In this document: in pieces, positions 1 through 9,223 of the stretch
Layout: each line of letters opens with the position of its first letter
How positions within the stretch are numbered: the first letter of the stretch is position 1
Assembly: GCA_964564695.1 (NCBI GenBank)
Contig: CAZMCC010000001.1
Location: 2,571 to 66,570 of the forward strand
Length of the DNA: 64,000 bases
From: an uncultured Phycisphaeraceae bacterium
GTDB taxonomy: Bacteria; Planctomycetota; Phycisphaerae; Phycisphaerales; UBA1924
Reading direction: 5' to 3'
Program-made: the position numbers and the translations under genes
The notes under the pieces: model-generated
Database searches by the model: none
What the model was told of the DNA's origin: nothing
What the model saw: the letters and a program-made list of their open reading frames with translations, nothing else

Positions 1-721
1 AGTTCACGAACTTCTGCTGCGGCGGATTCGCCGCGGCGGAGAGCGGGTACATCGCGGCGCTCGCCTTCACGTTCTTCACGATGGTCGCCGCGTCGCTGCC
101 CTGGACGAAGGCGCGCATGATGACGAGGTTGCTGTAGGTGCGGGTCTTCGCGATGAAGTAGCCGTCCTTGGGCAGCTCGCCCTTGTAGTCCGGCGGCACC
201 ACCAGGTACTTGCCGCCCTTGCCCTGGTCGGGCCCGGTCAACCCGAGGTCGTTGACCCAGCGCCAATGGGCATCGTCGAGGATGCCCAGCACGCCGGGTG
301 GCACCTGCAGCACCATCGGTCCGTCCTTGACGTCGACGATCGCCCACGTATAGACCACGACGGTGTTTGGGGTCAGGAACAGCGAGCGGGCGTCCGCCAG
401 GCCCTCGGAGATTCCGAAGCCCTGGTTGGGCGCGAAGCCGCCTTCGATGAAGCCCCGCCGCAGGCCTTGGACATTGGCCGCCGGAATGCCCATCAGGAAG
501 GCGTCCACGCCGCGAACGAAGTCGAGGTTGTCGTAGACCTTTTGGACAGTGGCGTCATCCGGCAGGCCGTCGTGAAACTTCAACGTGCCGATGCGCGTCT
601 CGACTGTGTCGGGCGTCGTGATGGACGCGGGGACGTCGGCCTTGTACTTCTGTGCCTGCGCACTGCCGGCGGTCATCGCGGCGAGGAGGGTTGCGACGAG
701 CGCGGGTGTTCGAGTCTTCAT
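1..721 (-). CDS. DUF1254/DUF1214-family secreted protein, N-terminal part (C-terminus lies beyond the left window edge)
   Basis: The reverse frame is open from position 1 to the ATG at 719-721. Translation starts MKTRTPALVATLLAAMTAGSAQAQKYK (signal peptide), then TPDTVETRIGTLKFHDGLPDDATVQKVYDNLDFVRGVDAFL. This is clearly paralogous to the protein at 761..2314. Confidence 0.6.
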   Translation of the reverse strand, partial: MKTRTPALVATLLAAMTAGSAQAQKYKADVPASITTPDTVETRIGTLKFHDGLPDDATVQKVYDNLDFVRGVDAFLMGIPAANVQGLRRGFIEGGFAPNQGFGISEGLADARSLFLTPNTVVVYTWAIVDVKDGPMVLQVPPGVLGILDDAHWRWVNDLGLTGPDQGKGGKYLVVPPDYKGELPKDGYFIAKTRTYSNLVIMRAFVQGSDAATIVKNVKASAAMYPLSAAANPPQQKFVN

Positions 722-760
722 GGTTGAGCCCTTTCTGTGGCCCGACATGTGGCGTTCCGC

Positions 761-2314
761 TCACTTTACCAGTTCGATCTCGCCCGGGCGCCAGGTCTTG
801 TCGAACCACGGGTCGAGCGGGCCGTAGAGGCGCAGGAGCGCGAACCAGCCCTTGCCGGGCACGGTTTGCGTCCAGTTGGCCTCCTTGCCGGCGGGGGCCG
901 TGGGGCCGAAATAGAGGTCGACCGATCCGTCGGGGTTGGTGTTGAGCTTGTCGCGCTTGCTGTTCTTGCTGGGGAAGGGCTGGCTGGTCTGGAGCTCGGA
1001 GCGGGTCTGAGGGTCGTAGAGGACGACCGACCAGAAGTCCTTGGCGGGGGCGTTGGCGGGGATGTTGAGCTTGTAGTTCTTGGCGCCGTCGAGCGCCGTG
1101 CCGGACTTGTCGTCGTCGATGAAGGCGTACTGCGAGCCCTTGCCGACCATCTTCGCGGCCATGGCGGGGGTGTTCACGGTCGCGGCGTAGAAGAAGAGCG
1201 TACGGGCGTCGAGGTTGCGTCCCGACATGCCGTCGCCGTCGAGCCAGCGGTAGTCGCCGCCGATGAAGCCGGTCTTCCACTGGCCGTCGGGGTAGAGCTT
1301 CGCGCGCGGGTCGCGGTTGCGGAAGGTCATTGCGCGGGCGGTGGCGTTGCCGACGGCGACGGCCTCGGTGAGCGTCTTCTTCAATCGCTCGTCGGGGGCG
1401 AATTTCTGGCCCTTGCGGATGCCGATGGCGGCGGCGAGGCCGCGGAGCTCGGGATCGATGAAGTCGAGGGGCTCTTTCTGGATGACGTGGTCGAGCTCAA
1501 GGTAGAACTCGAAGTCGTTGGCGTGGATGGTGTTGTACGGGACCTTCGATACGTTGATGAACTCCATCTTCGGCGGCCCTCCCGCGCTCGCGGCCTGGCT
1601 GAGCGGGTAGACCCGGAACCCGTCCTTGAACATCTTCACCGCGGCGTCGGGCTTGCCGTCGACGAGGAACCCGCGCAAGGGGATCCAGTTCACGTACGTC
1701 GGCGAGCGGAAGACGAAGTGCTCGCCGCCTTCCTTCTTGTCCTTGGGGAGTTCGCCCTTGAAGTCCGGGGGAACGATGAGGTACTTGCCGCCCTTGCCGG
1801 CATCGGGGCCGGGACCACCCATGTCGGTGACAAAGCGAAAGAAGGCGTCGTCGCAGGTGCCCGGGCCGCAGCCCGGCGGGATCTCAACGACCGTGGGGCC
1901 GTCGGCCTGCAGGTCGAGGAAGACCATGCAGTAGACCGTGTCGGTATTGGCGGTGAGCAGCAGGGGGTTGGAGTCGCAGAGCTGCTCGGTGATGATGGCG
2001 TGGTGGCACGTGGTGGCGCCGCGTTCGACGCTTCCCAGGCGGAGCGCCTCCAAGGATGCCGCCGGAATGAAGTTGAGGAAGACCTCGACCCCGCGGAGGA
2101 AGTCGAGATTGTCGTAGACCTTCTGCGTGGTTTCCTCGGTGGGGACGCCGTCGACGAAGTTGAGGGTCCCAATGCGGGTCTCGACCTTGTCGGGGGTCAT
2201 GATCTTCGAGGGGATGGGGTTGTTGAAGCCGGGGGTCTTGTCTTGGGCGGCGGCGACGTGTGTGAAGGCGGCCGCCAGCAGCAGCGACGCGAGCGTTCGA
2301 TTGACCGATGCCAT
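761..2314 (-). CDS. DUF1254/DUF1214-family secreted protein
   Basis: ORF 761..2455. I chose the internal ATG at 2312-2314, giving MASVNRTLASLLLAAAFTHVAAAQ (signal peptide). Family-typical motifs are present: TPDKVETRIGTLNFVDGVPTEETTQKVYDNLDFLRGVEVFL and a C-terminal WFALLRLYGPLDPWFDKTWRPGEIE. Confidence 0.75.
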   Translation of the reverse strand: MASVNRTLASLLLAAAFTHVAAAQDKTPGFNNPIPSKIMTPDKVETRIGTLNFVDGVPTEETTQKVYDNLDFLRGVEVFLNFIPAASLEALRLGSVERGATTCHHAIITEQLCDSNPLLLTANTDTVYCMVFLDLQADGPTVVEIPPGCGPGTCDDAFFRFVTDMGGPGPDAGKGGKYLIVPPDFKGELPKDKKEGGEHFVFRSPTYVNWIPLRGFLVDGKPDAAVKMFKDGFRVYPLSQAASAGGPPKMEFINVSKVPYNTIHANDFEFYLELDHVIQKEPLDFIDPELRGLAAAIGIRKGQKFAPDERLKKTLTEAVAVGNATARAMTFRNRDPRAKLYPDGQWKTGFIGGDYRWLDGDGMSGRNLDARTLFFYAATVNTPAMAAKMVGKGSQYAFIDDDKSGTALDGAKNYKLNIPANAPAKDFWSVVLYDPQTRSELQTSQPFPSKNSKRDKLNTNPDGSVDLYFGPTAPAGKEANWTQTVPGKGWFALLRLYGPLDPWFDKTWRPGEIELVK

Positions 2315-2404
2315 GGACGGAGTCTCCAGTTGGGATGAGCGCAGCTTAATCGATTGGGGGGGGTCCTTGCGCGATGCAAACCCGATGTTCACGACATGTT
2401 CAAT

Positions 2405-2442
2405 TCCAAAATGACAACCCCGCGAGCGGGTGGCTCGCGGGG
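2405..2442 (-). terminator. Rho-independent terminator downstream of the TPR/alpha-CTD gene
   Basis: Perfect 10-bp stem ccccgcgagc (2418-2427) / gctcgcgggg (2433-2442) with a 5-nt loop. On the minus strand it is followed by ttgtcattttgg (T-rich). It lies about 40 nt after the stop at 2481. Confidence 0.7.
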
Positions 2443-2480
2443 CCGGGGGGATCACTCGAATTGATCCGATCGGGGGCCGG

Positions 2481-3416
2481 TCAGGCGTCCAGGGCCCGCA
2501 GCTGCAGGCCGTACTCGTTGAGCTTGAGCTTGATCTCCGAGAGGCTGGTGGCGCCGAAGTTCTTGACGCCCATGAGCTCGGCCTCGGTGCGGCTGACGAG
2601 GTCGCCCAGGGTGTGGATGTTGAGGAGCTGGAGGGCCTTGCGGGCGCGGACGCTGAGGCTCATGTCGCTGACGGACTTCGCCAGGACCGCTTCCTTGCCG
2701 CTGCCCTTGAGCTGGTCCATGACCTTGCGGAGCGCGACGCGGTGGGCATCCTCCACACCCTGTCCGAGGCGCAACCCCTTGCCCGAGAGCATCTGCTTGA
2801 TCTCGACGAGGCTGCTCTCGCCGAAGTTCTTGTAGCCCAGCAGCTCGGCCTCGGTGGTCCGCAGGAGGTCGCCCAGCGTGCGGATGTTCATCTTCTTGAG
2901 GCAGGTGCGGGCCCGGACGCTGAGCTCGAAGTCGGTCACCGGGGTGTCGAGCAGGGCGGACCGCTTGAGGCGGTCGCGGCCTTCTTCCTCGTCGATCACC
3001 ATCTCGCGGCTCGCCATCACGTCCTTCATGAACAGGCGGGCGCGGGGGTGGTTCGGGTTGGTGTCGAGCACCTGGCGCAGGCAGCGTTCGGCGCGGGCGA
3101 GGTCGCCCCGGTCCTCGTACAGAACCGCGAGGTTGATCAGGGCGTTCACGGGCGCGGGCGGGATCTCGCAGGAGCGCTCGTACATCGAGATCGCTTCGTC
3201 CTCTTCGCCCGCCAGGTCGAGGGCGTAGGCGAGGCGGAAGAAGAGCGTGGAGTCCATGGGGTCGGACCCGACGGCCTTGCGAAAGTGGCCGATGGCCTCG
3301 GCCTTGTTGCCGAGCTGATCGGCCTTGAGGCCGGCGTCGAGGTGCTGGGCGGCGGCCTTGGTGTCGCGCGTCGGGGCGCCGATGACCATGTCGAGCGGGT
3401 TCGCAGTCGTGCTCAA
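2481..3416 (-). CDS. TPR-repeat protein with two RNA polymerase alpha-subunit C-terminal-domain (alpha-CTD, HhH) modules
   Basis: The N-terminal half has TPR-like repeats (AIGHFRKAVGSDP, AISMYERSCEIPP, AERCLRQVLDTNPNHPRA). The C-terminal half has two copies of the alpha-CTD signature: FELSVRARTCLKKMNIRTLGDLLRTTEAELLGYKNFGESSLVEIKQML and MSLSVRARKALQLLNIHTLGDLVSRTEAELMGVKNFGATSLSEIKLKL. Confidence 0.8.
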   Translation of the reverse strand: MSTTANPLDMVIGAPTRDTKAAAQHLDAGLKADQLGNKAEAIGHFRKAVGSDPMDSTLFFRLAYALDLAGEEDEAISMYERSCEIPPAPVNALINLAVLYEDRGDLARAERCLRQVLDTNPNHPRARLFMKDVMASREMVIDEEEGRDRLKRSALLDTPVTDFELSVRARTCLKKMNIRTLGDLLRTTEAELLGYKNFGESSLVEIKQMLSGKGLRLGQGVEDAHRVALRKVMDQLKGSGKEAVLAKSVSDMSLSVRARKALQLLNIHTLGDLVSRTEAELMGVKNFGATSLSEIKLKLNEYGLQLRALDA

Positions 3417-3450
3417 GTCGATCTCCTGATGCGTGTCGTGAACATCAAGT

Positions 3451-4995
3451 TTAGGAGGGCATGTGATCCGGTTCTTGTTTGGGTTTGAGGAGGTCGATGG
3501 TCTTCCACCGCCCGCTCAGGAACCGAACCATGAGGGCCGTGGCGAGCACGCTGACATACGTGGCGGCGGCCATCCACGGGCCGACGGATTCGAGCTGGGG
3601 GAAGAAGCGGGTCATCGCGAGGCCGCCGACGACGATGATCGACCAGCTCAGCACAAGCGTGGCGACGCCGGGCCACACGGTGTCGCCGGCGCCGCGGAGC
3701 GCGCCGGAGATGACCATGGCGATGGCATCGAAGAGCTGGAACGCGGCGACGGCGATCAGGAACTTCGAGCCGAGGCTCACGACACGCTCGACGTCCTCCG
3801 GGGGCGTCGAGGCGGGGATGAACAGGCCGACGAGGTCGTGGCGGAAGACGACGAAGAGGATGCCGCAGACGCCCATGTAGACGAGGGCCATGGCGATGCC
3901 GAGCCACGCGCGGTGGGCGGCCTCGGCCGGTTGCTTGGCGCCCAGGCACCGGCCGACGACGGCGGTGACGGCGATCGAGAGCCCGACGGCGGGCATGAAC
4001 GAGAGGCTCATGTAGCGGTGGGCGATCCAGCCCGCGGTCGAGTGGAGCGGGCCGAACTCGCCCACGAGGTACACCATGAAGAAGGCCCAGCAGATCATCT
4101 CGTTGCCGAACATCGCGGCGCCGGGCCAGCCGATGCGGAAGATGTCCTTGAAGTGCGTGGGCGAGGGGAGCCAGGCGGCGCGGGTCTTGTAGAGGCGGTT
4201 GAACTTCGGTGAAAGGAAGATCGTCAGCGGGATCGAGAGCTCGACCGCGGTGCCGATGACGGTGGACAGCGCCGAGCCGGCGACGCCCATGGCGGGGATT
4301 CCGAGCGTGACGGCGATGTCGGACGCGAACCGCAGGATGGGGTCGACGCCCGTGATGCCGGTCTGGAGGGGCTCGGGGCCGAAGACGAACACGCCATTGA
4401 GAAACAGGTTCACGGCGTTGCCGGTGAGGCCGGCGATGAGCGTGATCCAGGGCTTGTGCATCCCGTAGAAGAAGTGCGAGATGCCGCGCGAGGCCATGGT
4501 GAAGAAGGCGCCGTAGATGAGGATGCGCCCGTAGTCGACGGCCATGGCGTCGCGGCGCACAAGGGCCGCGAGCGCGTCGGGATCGAGCTGGGTCGATCGC
4601 ATCACGGCGAACAAGTGGGGCAGCAGCAGGGCGTAAGGGATGAGCGCGATGGCGGCGATGAGCGACCACCACACGCCGGTCCAGGCGTAGGCGGGGGCCC
4701 GGTCCGGGCGTCCGGCGCCCAGGTTCTGCGAGACGTAGGTGTTGATGACGGTGAGGAAGCCCATCATGCAGGCGATGGGGACGAAGGCGGCGAGGCCGCC
4801 GTTGCCCTGGGCGCCGACGTAGATGGGCTCGGGGCCGATGCGCGAGACCATGAGCATGTCGACGAACTGCATGAGCGTGTAGCTCGTCATGGTCGCGACC
4901 GTGGGGAGCGCGATCGACAGCAGTTCCGCCAATGGGCGGCGAGACAGTCCCCCGGCCGCCGTGGCGGCCTCGTTTTTCACGGGCGTTTCTGACAA
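3451..4995 (-). CDS. MATE family efflux transporter
   Basis: 514-aa polytopic membrane protein. The N-terminus LLSIALPTVATMTSYTLMQFVDMLMVSRIG and an internal duplication of roughly 12 TM segments are typical of MatE proteins. Confidence 0.8.
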   Translation of the reverse strand: MSETPVKNEAATAAGGLSRRPLAELLSIALPTVATMTSYTLMQFVDMLMVSRIGPEPIYVGAQGNGGLAAFVPIACMMGFLTVINTYVSQNLGAGRPDRAPAYAWTGVWWSLIAAIALIPYALLLPHLFAVMRSTQLDPDALAALVRRDAMAVDYGRILIYGAFFTMASRGISHFFYGMHKPWITLIAGLTGNAVNLFLNGVFVFGPEPLQTGITGVDPILRFASDIAVTLGIPAMGVAGSALSTVIGTAVELSIPLTIFLSPKFNRLYKTRAAWLPSPTHFKDIFRIGWPGAAMFGNEMICWAFFMVYLVGEFGPLHSTAGWIAHRYMSLSFMPAVGLSIAVTAVVGRCLGAKQPAEAAHRAWLGIAMALVYMGVCGILFVVFRHDLVGLFIPASTPPEDVERVVSLGSKFLIAVAAFQLFDAIAMVISGALRGAGDTVWPGVATLVLSWSIIVVGGLAMTRFFPQLESVGPWMAAATYVSVLATALMVRFLSGRWKTIDLLKPKQEPDHMPS

Positions 4996-5049
4996 GGTGT
5001 GCTCTCTATCCCCGCATCCCGGCGAGCGACGGATGGTAGGTCGGCACCG

Positions 5050-6024
5050 CTAGACGCGGCGTGCGGCGGCCATTCGCGCCGCGAGCAGCATCGCTTCGAT
5101 CATTGAGGTCGGGTCGGCAATGTTCTTACCGGCGATGTCGTACGCGGTTCCGTGCGCGGGGCTCGTGCGCACCGTCGGGATGCCGACGGTGACGTTGACG
5201 GTGCGTGCGCGATCGAGGAGCTTGACGGGGATGAGGCCCTGGTCGTGGTACATCGCGACGACGAGATCGAACTGGCCCTTGCCCGCGGGGGGCGCCGCGG
5301 CGCTGAGGAAGACGGTGTCGCCCGGAAATGGGCCGGTGGCGTCGATGCCGCGTGCGCGGGCGGCGGCGATGGCGGCGGCGATCACGGCGTCGTCCTCGGA
5401 GCCGAGGACGCCGTGCTCGCCCGCGTGCGGGTTGAGGCCGCAGACCGCGATGCGCGAGCGTGGGATGCCGAGTTCGACGCAGGCGCTGTGACCGAGCTGG
5501 ATGGTGTCGAGGATGCGTTCGGTGGTGACGAGCGCGGGCACGCGCGCGAGGGGGACGTGAACGGTGGCGAGAACGACCTTGAGCGTGGGGCCGTGGAAGT
5601 ACATGGCGCTGCGCGGGGCGTTGAAGCGCTCGGCGAGGAGTTCGGTGTGGCCGTGGTACGTCGTGTGGCCGGCAAGAGCCCAGGCCTCTTTGGAGATGGG
5701 GGCGGTGACGAGGCCGTGGCAGTGGAGGGGATCGTCGGCGGGGAGCTTGCAGAGGTCGATGGCCTGCTCGACGGAGCGGAAGCTGAGTTCACCGGCGTTG
5801 GCGGTGGGGCCGGGAGGCATCGGGCGCGGGGAGACTGTGCGGGCGATGGAGGAGAGGATGACGTCGGGGTTGGTGAGCGGGGCCGCGACGGGAGCGCCGC
5901 CGACGTAGATCCACTCTGCGGCGGCGCGGACGCGATCATCGCGCAGGGCGGCGACGAGCACTTCGGGACCGATGCCCCAGGGGTCTCCGATGGTGACAGC
6001 GAGGCGGGGGGGGCGGGGGAGCAC
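5050..6024 (-). CDS. pdxA: 4-hydroxythreonine-4-phosphate dehydrogenase
   Basis: Motifs AVTIGDPWGIGPEV, HGHTELLAERF, GLNPHAGEHG, MYHDQGLIPVKLL and VRTSPAHGTAYDIAGKNIADPTSM. I chose the GTG at 6022-6024 because the longer ORF (to 6141) runs through a palindromic repeat. Confidence 0.85.
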   Translation of the reverse strand: MLPRPPRLAVTIGDPWGIGPEVLVAALRDDRVRAAAEWIYVGGAPVAAPLTNPDVILSSIARTVSPRPMPPGPTANAGELSFRSVEQAIDLCKLPADDPLHCHGLVTAPISKEAWALAGHTTYHGHTELLAERFNAPRSAMYFHGPTLKVVLATVHVPLARVPALVTTERILDTIQLGHSACVELGIPRSRIAVCGLNPHAGEHGVLGSEDDAVIAAAIAAARARGIDATGPFPGDTVFLSAAAPPAGKGQFDLVVAMYHDQGLIPVKLLDRARTVNVTVGIPTVRTSPAHGTAYDIAGKNIADPTSMIEAMLLAARMAAARRV

Positions 6025-6050
6025 GGGCGAATGGTAACGGGGAGGGATGG

Positions 6051-6131
6051 GTGCCCCGGCGGAGCTCTGTCCGCCGGGTTCAAACGTCCGCTCGCGAGGA
6101 AGACCCGGCGGACAGAGCTCCGCCGGGGCAC
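6051..6131. repeat. REP-like palindromic element: perfect 28-bp inverted repeat with a 25-nt loop
   Basis: gtgccccggcggagctctgtccgccggg (6051-6078) is the exact reverse complement of cccggcggacagagctccgccggggcac (6104-6131). The left arm recurs 28/28 at 41240-41267. The element sits between the stop of the 6154..8412 gene and the pdxA start. Confidence 0.85.
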
Positions 6132-6153
6132 CCGGGGGCACTCGGCGACGGGA

Positions 6154-8412
6154 TCAATCGACGTGCACGAACCAGTCGTTGATGAACTCGCCGACGTCGG
6201 TGGAGTTGATGATGCCGTTGGCGTCCCAATCCGACGTGGGGAGGAGCTCGAACCAGGCGTTGATCATGTCGCTGACGTCGGTGGAGTTGACGATGTTGTT
6301 GCGGTTGAAGTCGGCGATGCGGACGCGGGGCATGAGGGCGATGGCGACGTTGTAGGCCTGGTCGGTTCCGACGCCGCCCTGGGTGGAGGGGTCGATGAAC
6401 TTCCCGTTGCTGTCGGTGTCGTAGACGATCTTGGCCCGCACCAAGAGCGTGCCGAGGCTCATGGCGGTGTCGGGGGCGAGGGAGGCGAGGTCGGCGCCGG
6501 GGGTGGAGGGGCCGAGGATGTTGCCCGACCACACGCCGCCGGAGTCGACGGAGTCGCCGTCGGCGACGCCGAGGAACTGGACCTGGTAGTTGCGGAGCGA
6601 GTTGGCGCCGGCCACCACATCGCCGACGCGCATCAGCAGCTCGAGTCGGTAACCGCCCGACTTGGGCTCGTAGTTGGCGCGGATCAGCGCGGCGGTGAGC
6701 TCGGTCGCGAGCGTGGTGTTGAGCTCGACACCCGCGACAAAGTACAGGTTGCCGGCACTGTCCATCGCCGGGGCCGAGATGGCGGGGCCATAGTCGAAGC
6801 CGGGGTAGACCTGGCTGAACATGGCGATGCGCCCGATGGGCTCGGCGTCGAGGGCGCCGTCGCCTTCGCCGGCGTCACCGGTGCCGGGGCGCCCGTCGGC
6901 GCCGAAGTCGCCGAGGATGGCCTTGCTCGAGGCGTCGGCGGAGCCGGCGGCGTCGCCGGAGTGAGCGGCGATCGACCACGTGACATCCTGCGTCACCGAA
7001 TCGACGCGCGCGACGGCGAGGTACGTGGGTTCGGGCTGGGGGTTCTGCGCGGCGGCGCCCAGGGGGGTGACCGCGCCGGCGATGAGCAGGTCACCGTTGT
7101 CGAGGACGCGGAGTGCGATCTGACCGTTGCCGCCGCGGAAGCTGACCTGGCTGCCGTAGCTCGTGAACTCGTGACCGGAGAGGGCGCCGAAGGCGGCGCC
7201 GGGGTCAAAGCCGTCGATGGGATCGACGAGCGAGCCGGGGGCGGTGGGGAGGGTGAGCGCGAGGGCGGAATCGGCGGAGCCGTCGGTGTTCACACCCCAG
7301 ACGGTGACGGCGCGGGTGGACGTGCCGGCGTCGGTGCGGAGCAGGACGGCCGCGGTGCCGGTGTCGTTCTTGCCATTGTGGACGGGCGAGAAGTTGGCGG
7401 TGGTGTAGGAGGCGTTGCCGCGGGCCGTGCCGACACCGCCGGGGAGGAAGGCGGTGGTGGTGGCTGTCGCGACACCGGCGGTCTGCTCGAAGTTGATGTT
7501 GGAGGCGAAGGAGAGGCCGAAGGCGACGGGACGGCTCGCGATCGACGCGGGCACGGCGTTGGGGGTGGTCAGCGACGTGGGCGTGTCGATGAGACGGTTG
7601 GTCGCGGGGGCGTCGTTGGCGCCGGACTGCTGGAAGCGGTTCACCTTTGTCGTGTCGCGCGAGAGGGGGCGGACGCGGACGAAGTTATGGTTCGTGACGC
7701 GGCTGCCCGAGAGCACGCCGAAGCCGTCGATGAGCGTGTGCGTGTTGCCTGCGGCGTCGACGGAGCCCAGGCCCAGCGACGCGGTCGCGGTGTTGCCGGT
7801 TGAGCTCGTGAGCTTGTTGCTCAGGGCGTTGACGCGCGTGACGTAGAGGCGGTTGGGCTCGCGGAACGTGAAGTTGACGACCGAGCTGATGATGTTCTGC
7901 TCGTCGTCGCCGTTGCCGAGCACGGCGTCGGGGCCGCCGCCAAACTCCATGAACGCGGCGCCGAACTGGTACGAGATGCGCCCTGCGGTGCTGACGGCGC
8001 CGTAGCGGCCCGACCCGTCGTCGACGGGGGGCGTGTTGACGCTGTCGGCGATTCCCTGGCCGGGGGCGTGCCAGCCGAGGTAGCTGGCGCGTGCGAACGG
8101 GCCGTAGGTGAGGTCGCTGGACGCGGCCTGGGCGCCGATGAGGTGGTTGAAGAACGGCGACGAGTTGGCCTTGGAGGACTTGGCGAGCGGGGCGATGGCG
8201 AAGAGGTTGCCCCAGGAGCTGGAGATCGGGGTGAGGTCGACGATGTAGGCGTTGAGCTGTTCGCTGGGGACGGCGGTGCGATAGGCGTCGAGGGCGTCGC
8301 CCGGGAGGCCGCCGGTGGGGGCGACCGAGTCCTGCGCGCCGGCGGGGGCCGCCCCCCCCAGTGCGAGCGCGAGGCCGGCGAACCCGATCAAAGCCCGATT
8401 CATACCGCGCAT
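6154..8412 (-). CDS. Large secreted protein with a C-terminal dockerin-like (EF-hand pair) tail
   Basis: Signal peptide MRGMNRALIGFAGLALALGGAAPAGAQD. The C-terminus is DFNRNNIVNSTDVSDMINAWF...DWDANGIINSTDVGEFINDWFVHVD, two D-x-N/D-x-x-(I/V)-N-STDV-x-x-(M/F)IN-x-WF repeats. The same module ends the 27892..28566 protein. Confidence 0.7.
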   Translation of the reverse strand: MRGMNRALIGFAGLALALGGAAPAGAQDSVAPTGGLPGDALDAYRTAVPSEQLNAYIVDLTPISSSWGNLFAIAPLAKSSKANSSPFFNHLIGAQAASSDLTYGPFARASYLGWHAPGQGIADSVNTPPVDDGSGRYGAVSTAGRISYQFGAAFMEFGGGPDAVLGNGDDEQNIISSVVNFTFREPNRLYVTRVNALSNKLTSSTGNTATASLGLGSVDAAGNTHTLIDGFGVLSGSRVTNHNFVRVRPLSRDTTKVNRFQQSGANDAPATNRLIDTPTSLTTPNAVPASIASRPVAFGLSFASNINFEQTAGVATATTTAFLPGGVGTARGNASYTTANFSPVHNGKNDTGTAAVLLRTDAGTSTRAVTVWGVNTDGSADSALALTLPTAPGSLVDPIDGFDPGAAFGALSGHEFTSYGSQVSFRGGNGQIALRVLDNGDLLIAGAVTPLGAAAQNPQPEPTYLAVARVDSVTQDVTWSIAAHSGDAAGSADASSKAILGDFGADGRPGTGDAGEGDGALDAEPIGRIAMFSQVYPGFDYGPAISAPAMDSAGNLYFVAGVELNTTLATELTAALIRANYEPKSGGYRLELLMRVGDVVAGANSLRNYQVQFLGVADGDSVDSGGVWSGNILGPSTPGADLASLAPDTAMSLGTLLVRAKIVYDTDSNGKFIDPSTQGGVGTDQAYNVAIALMPRVRIADFNRNNIVNSTDVSDMINAWFELLPTSDWDANGIINSTDVGEFINDWFVHVD

Positions 8413-8500
8413 GCGAAGGCCTCCCGCGAACGCATCGAAAGCTCAGGGGCGGACGCCCAGCGGCCGCGCTCGACCGGAGCAAAGCGTCAGGAAGTCTACA

Positions 8501-9217
8501 TCATGGACGCCCGGGGGCGACCTCGACGCCGGGGACTTGGGGCGGGTTGACGGGGGGCAGGCCGACCGGCGGGCGCTTGGCGAGGGTCTCAGACACCAAT
8601 AACTGCTGGCGGAGGAGCCACTGCCGGCTTTCGGCGTCGCGCTCGATGAGCAGGGCGCGCCGGAGGCGGTCGGCGGTGGCTTCGGTGGGCTGGCCGCGCC
8701 GGACGTCCCACTGGATCGAGTGGCGGAGGGCGGGGAGGTAGTTGGGGTCGCGCTCCAGTGCGCGGTTGAACTGCTTGGATGCGTCCTCGCCGTAGCCGAG
8801 GCGCCACCAGATGACGCCGATGTTGTACGGGAAACGGGGGTCGGTGGAAGAGAGCTCGGCGGCGCGCTCGAACGCGGCGACGGCTTCGAGGTTCTGGTCG
8901 CGCTCCATGAGGAGCATGCCGAGGTTGTTCCAGGCGGCGGGGAACTCGCTGTACTCGGTGAGGGCGGCGCGATTGAGGCGGATGGCCTCCTCGATGTGGC
9001 CGGCGTCCTGGGCCTGGTTCGCCTGACCGGCGAGTTCGTTGGCGCGGGCGATGCGGTCACGGGCCGCGGTGGCGGGCTGATCGGAGGTCACGGCGCCGGG
9101 CTTGGCCTTGTTCTTCGATTCGCAGGCGCCCAGGGCGCCGACGAGCGCGGCGCACAGGGCCGCGGCGGTGAGCACGGACGCTGCGGAGCGTGTGGATCGG
9201 GCGACGACGGTGTTCAC
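8501..9217 (-). CDS. TPR-repeat lipoprotein
   Basis: Signal peptide with lipobox: ALVGALGAC. TPR-like repeats follow (AIRLNRAALTEYSEFPAAWNNLGMLL, AVAAFERAAELSSTDPRFPYNIGVIWW, ASKQFNRALERDPNY). Confidence 0.7.
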   Translation of the reverse strand: MNTVVARSTRSAASVLTAAALCAALVGALGACESKNKAKPGAVTSDQPATAARDRIARANELAGQANQAQDAGHIEEAIRLNRAALTEYSEFPAAWNNLGMLLMERDQNLEAVAAFERAAELSSTDPRFPYNIGVIWWRLGYGEDASKQFNRALERDPNYLPALRHSIQWDVRRGQPTEATADRLRRALLIERDAESRQWLLRQQLLVSETLAKRPPVGLPPVNPPQVPGVEVAPGRP

Positions 9218-9223
9218 GGTGCT

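Noticed and set aside
5152-7803. 883-aa ORF on the + strand
   Set aside because: It is antisense to pdxA and the 752-aa dockerin protein. It has Gly/Asp/Val/Ala/Arg-rich composition with no motifs. This is the typical stop-free shadow frame of a roughly 70% GC genome.
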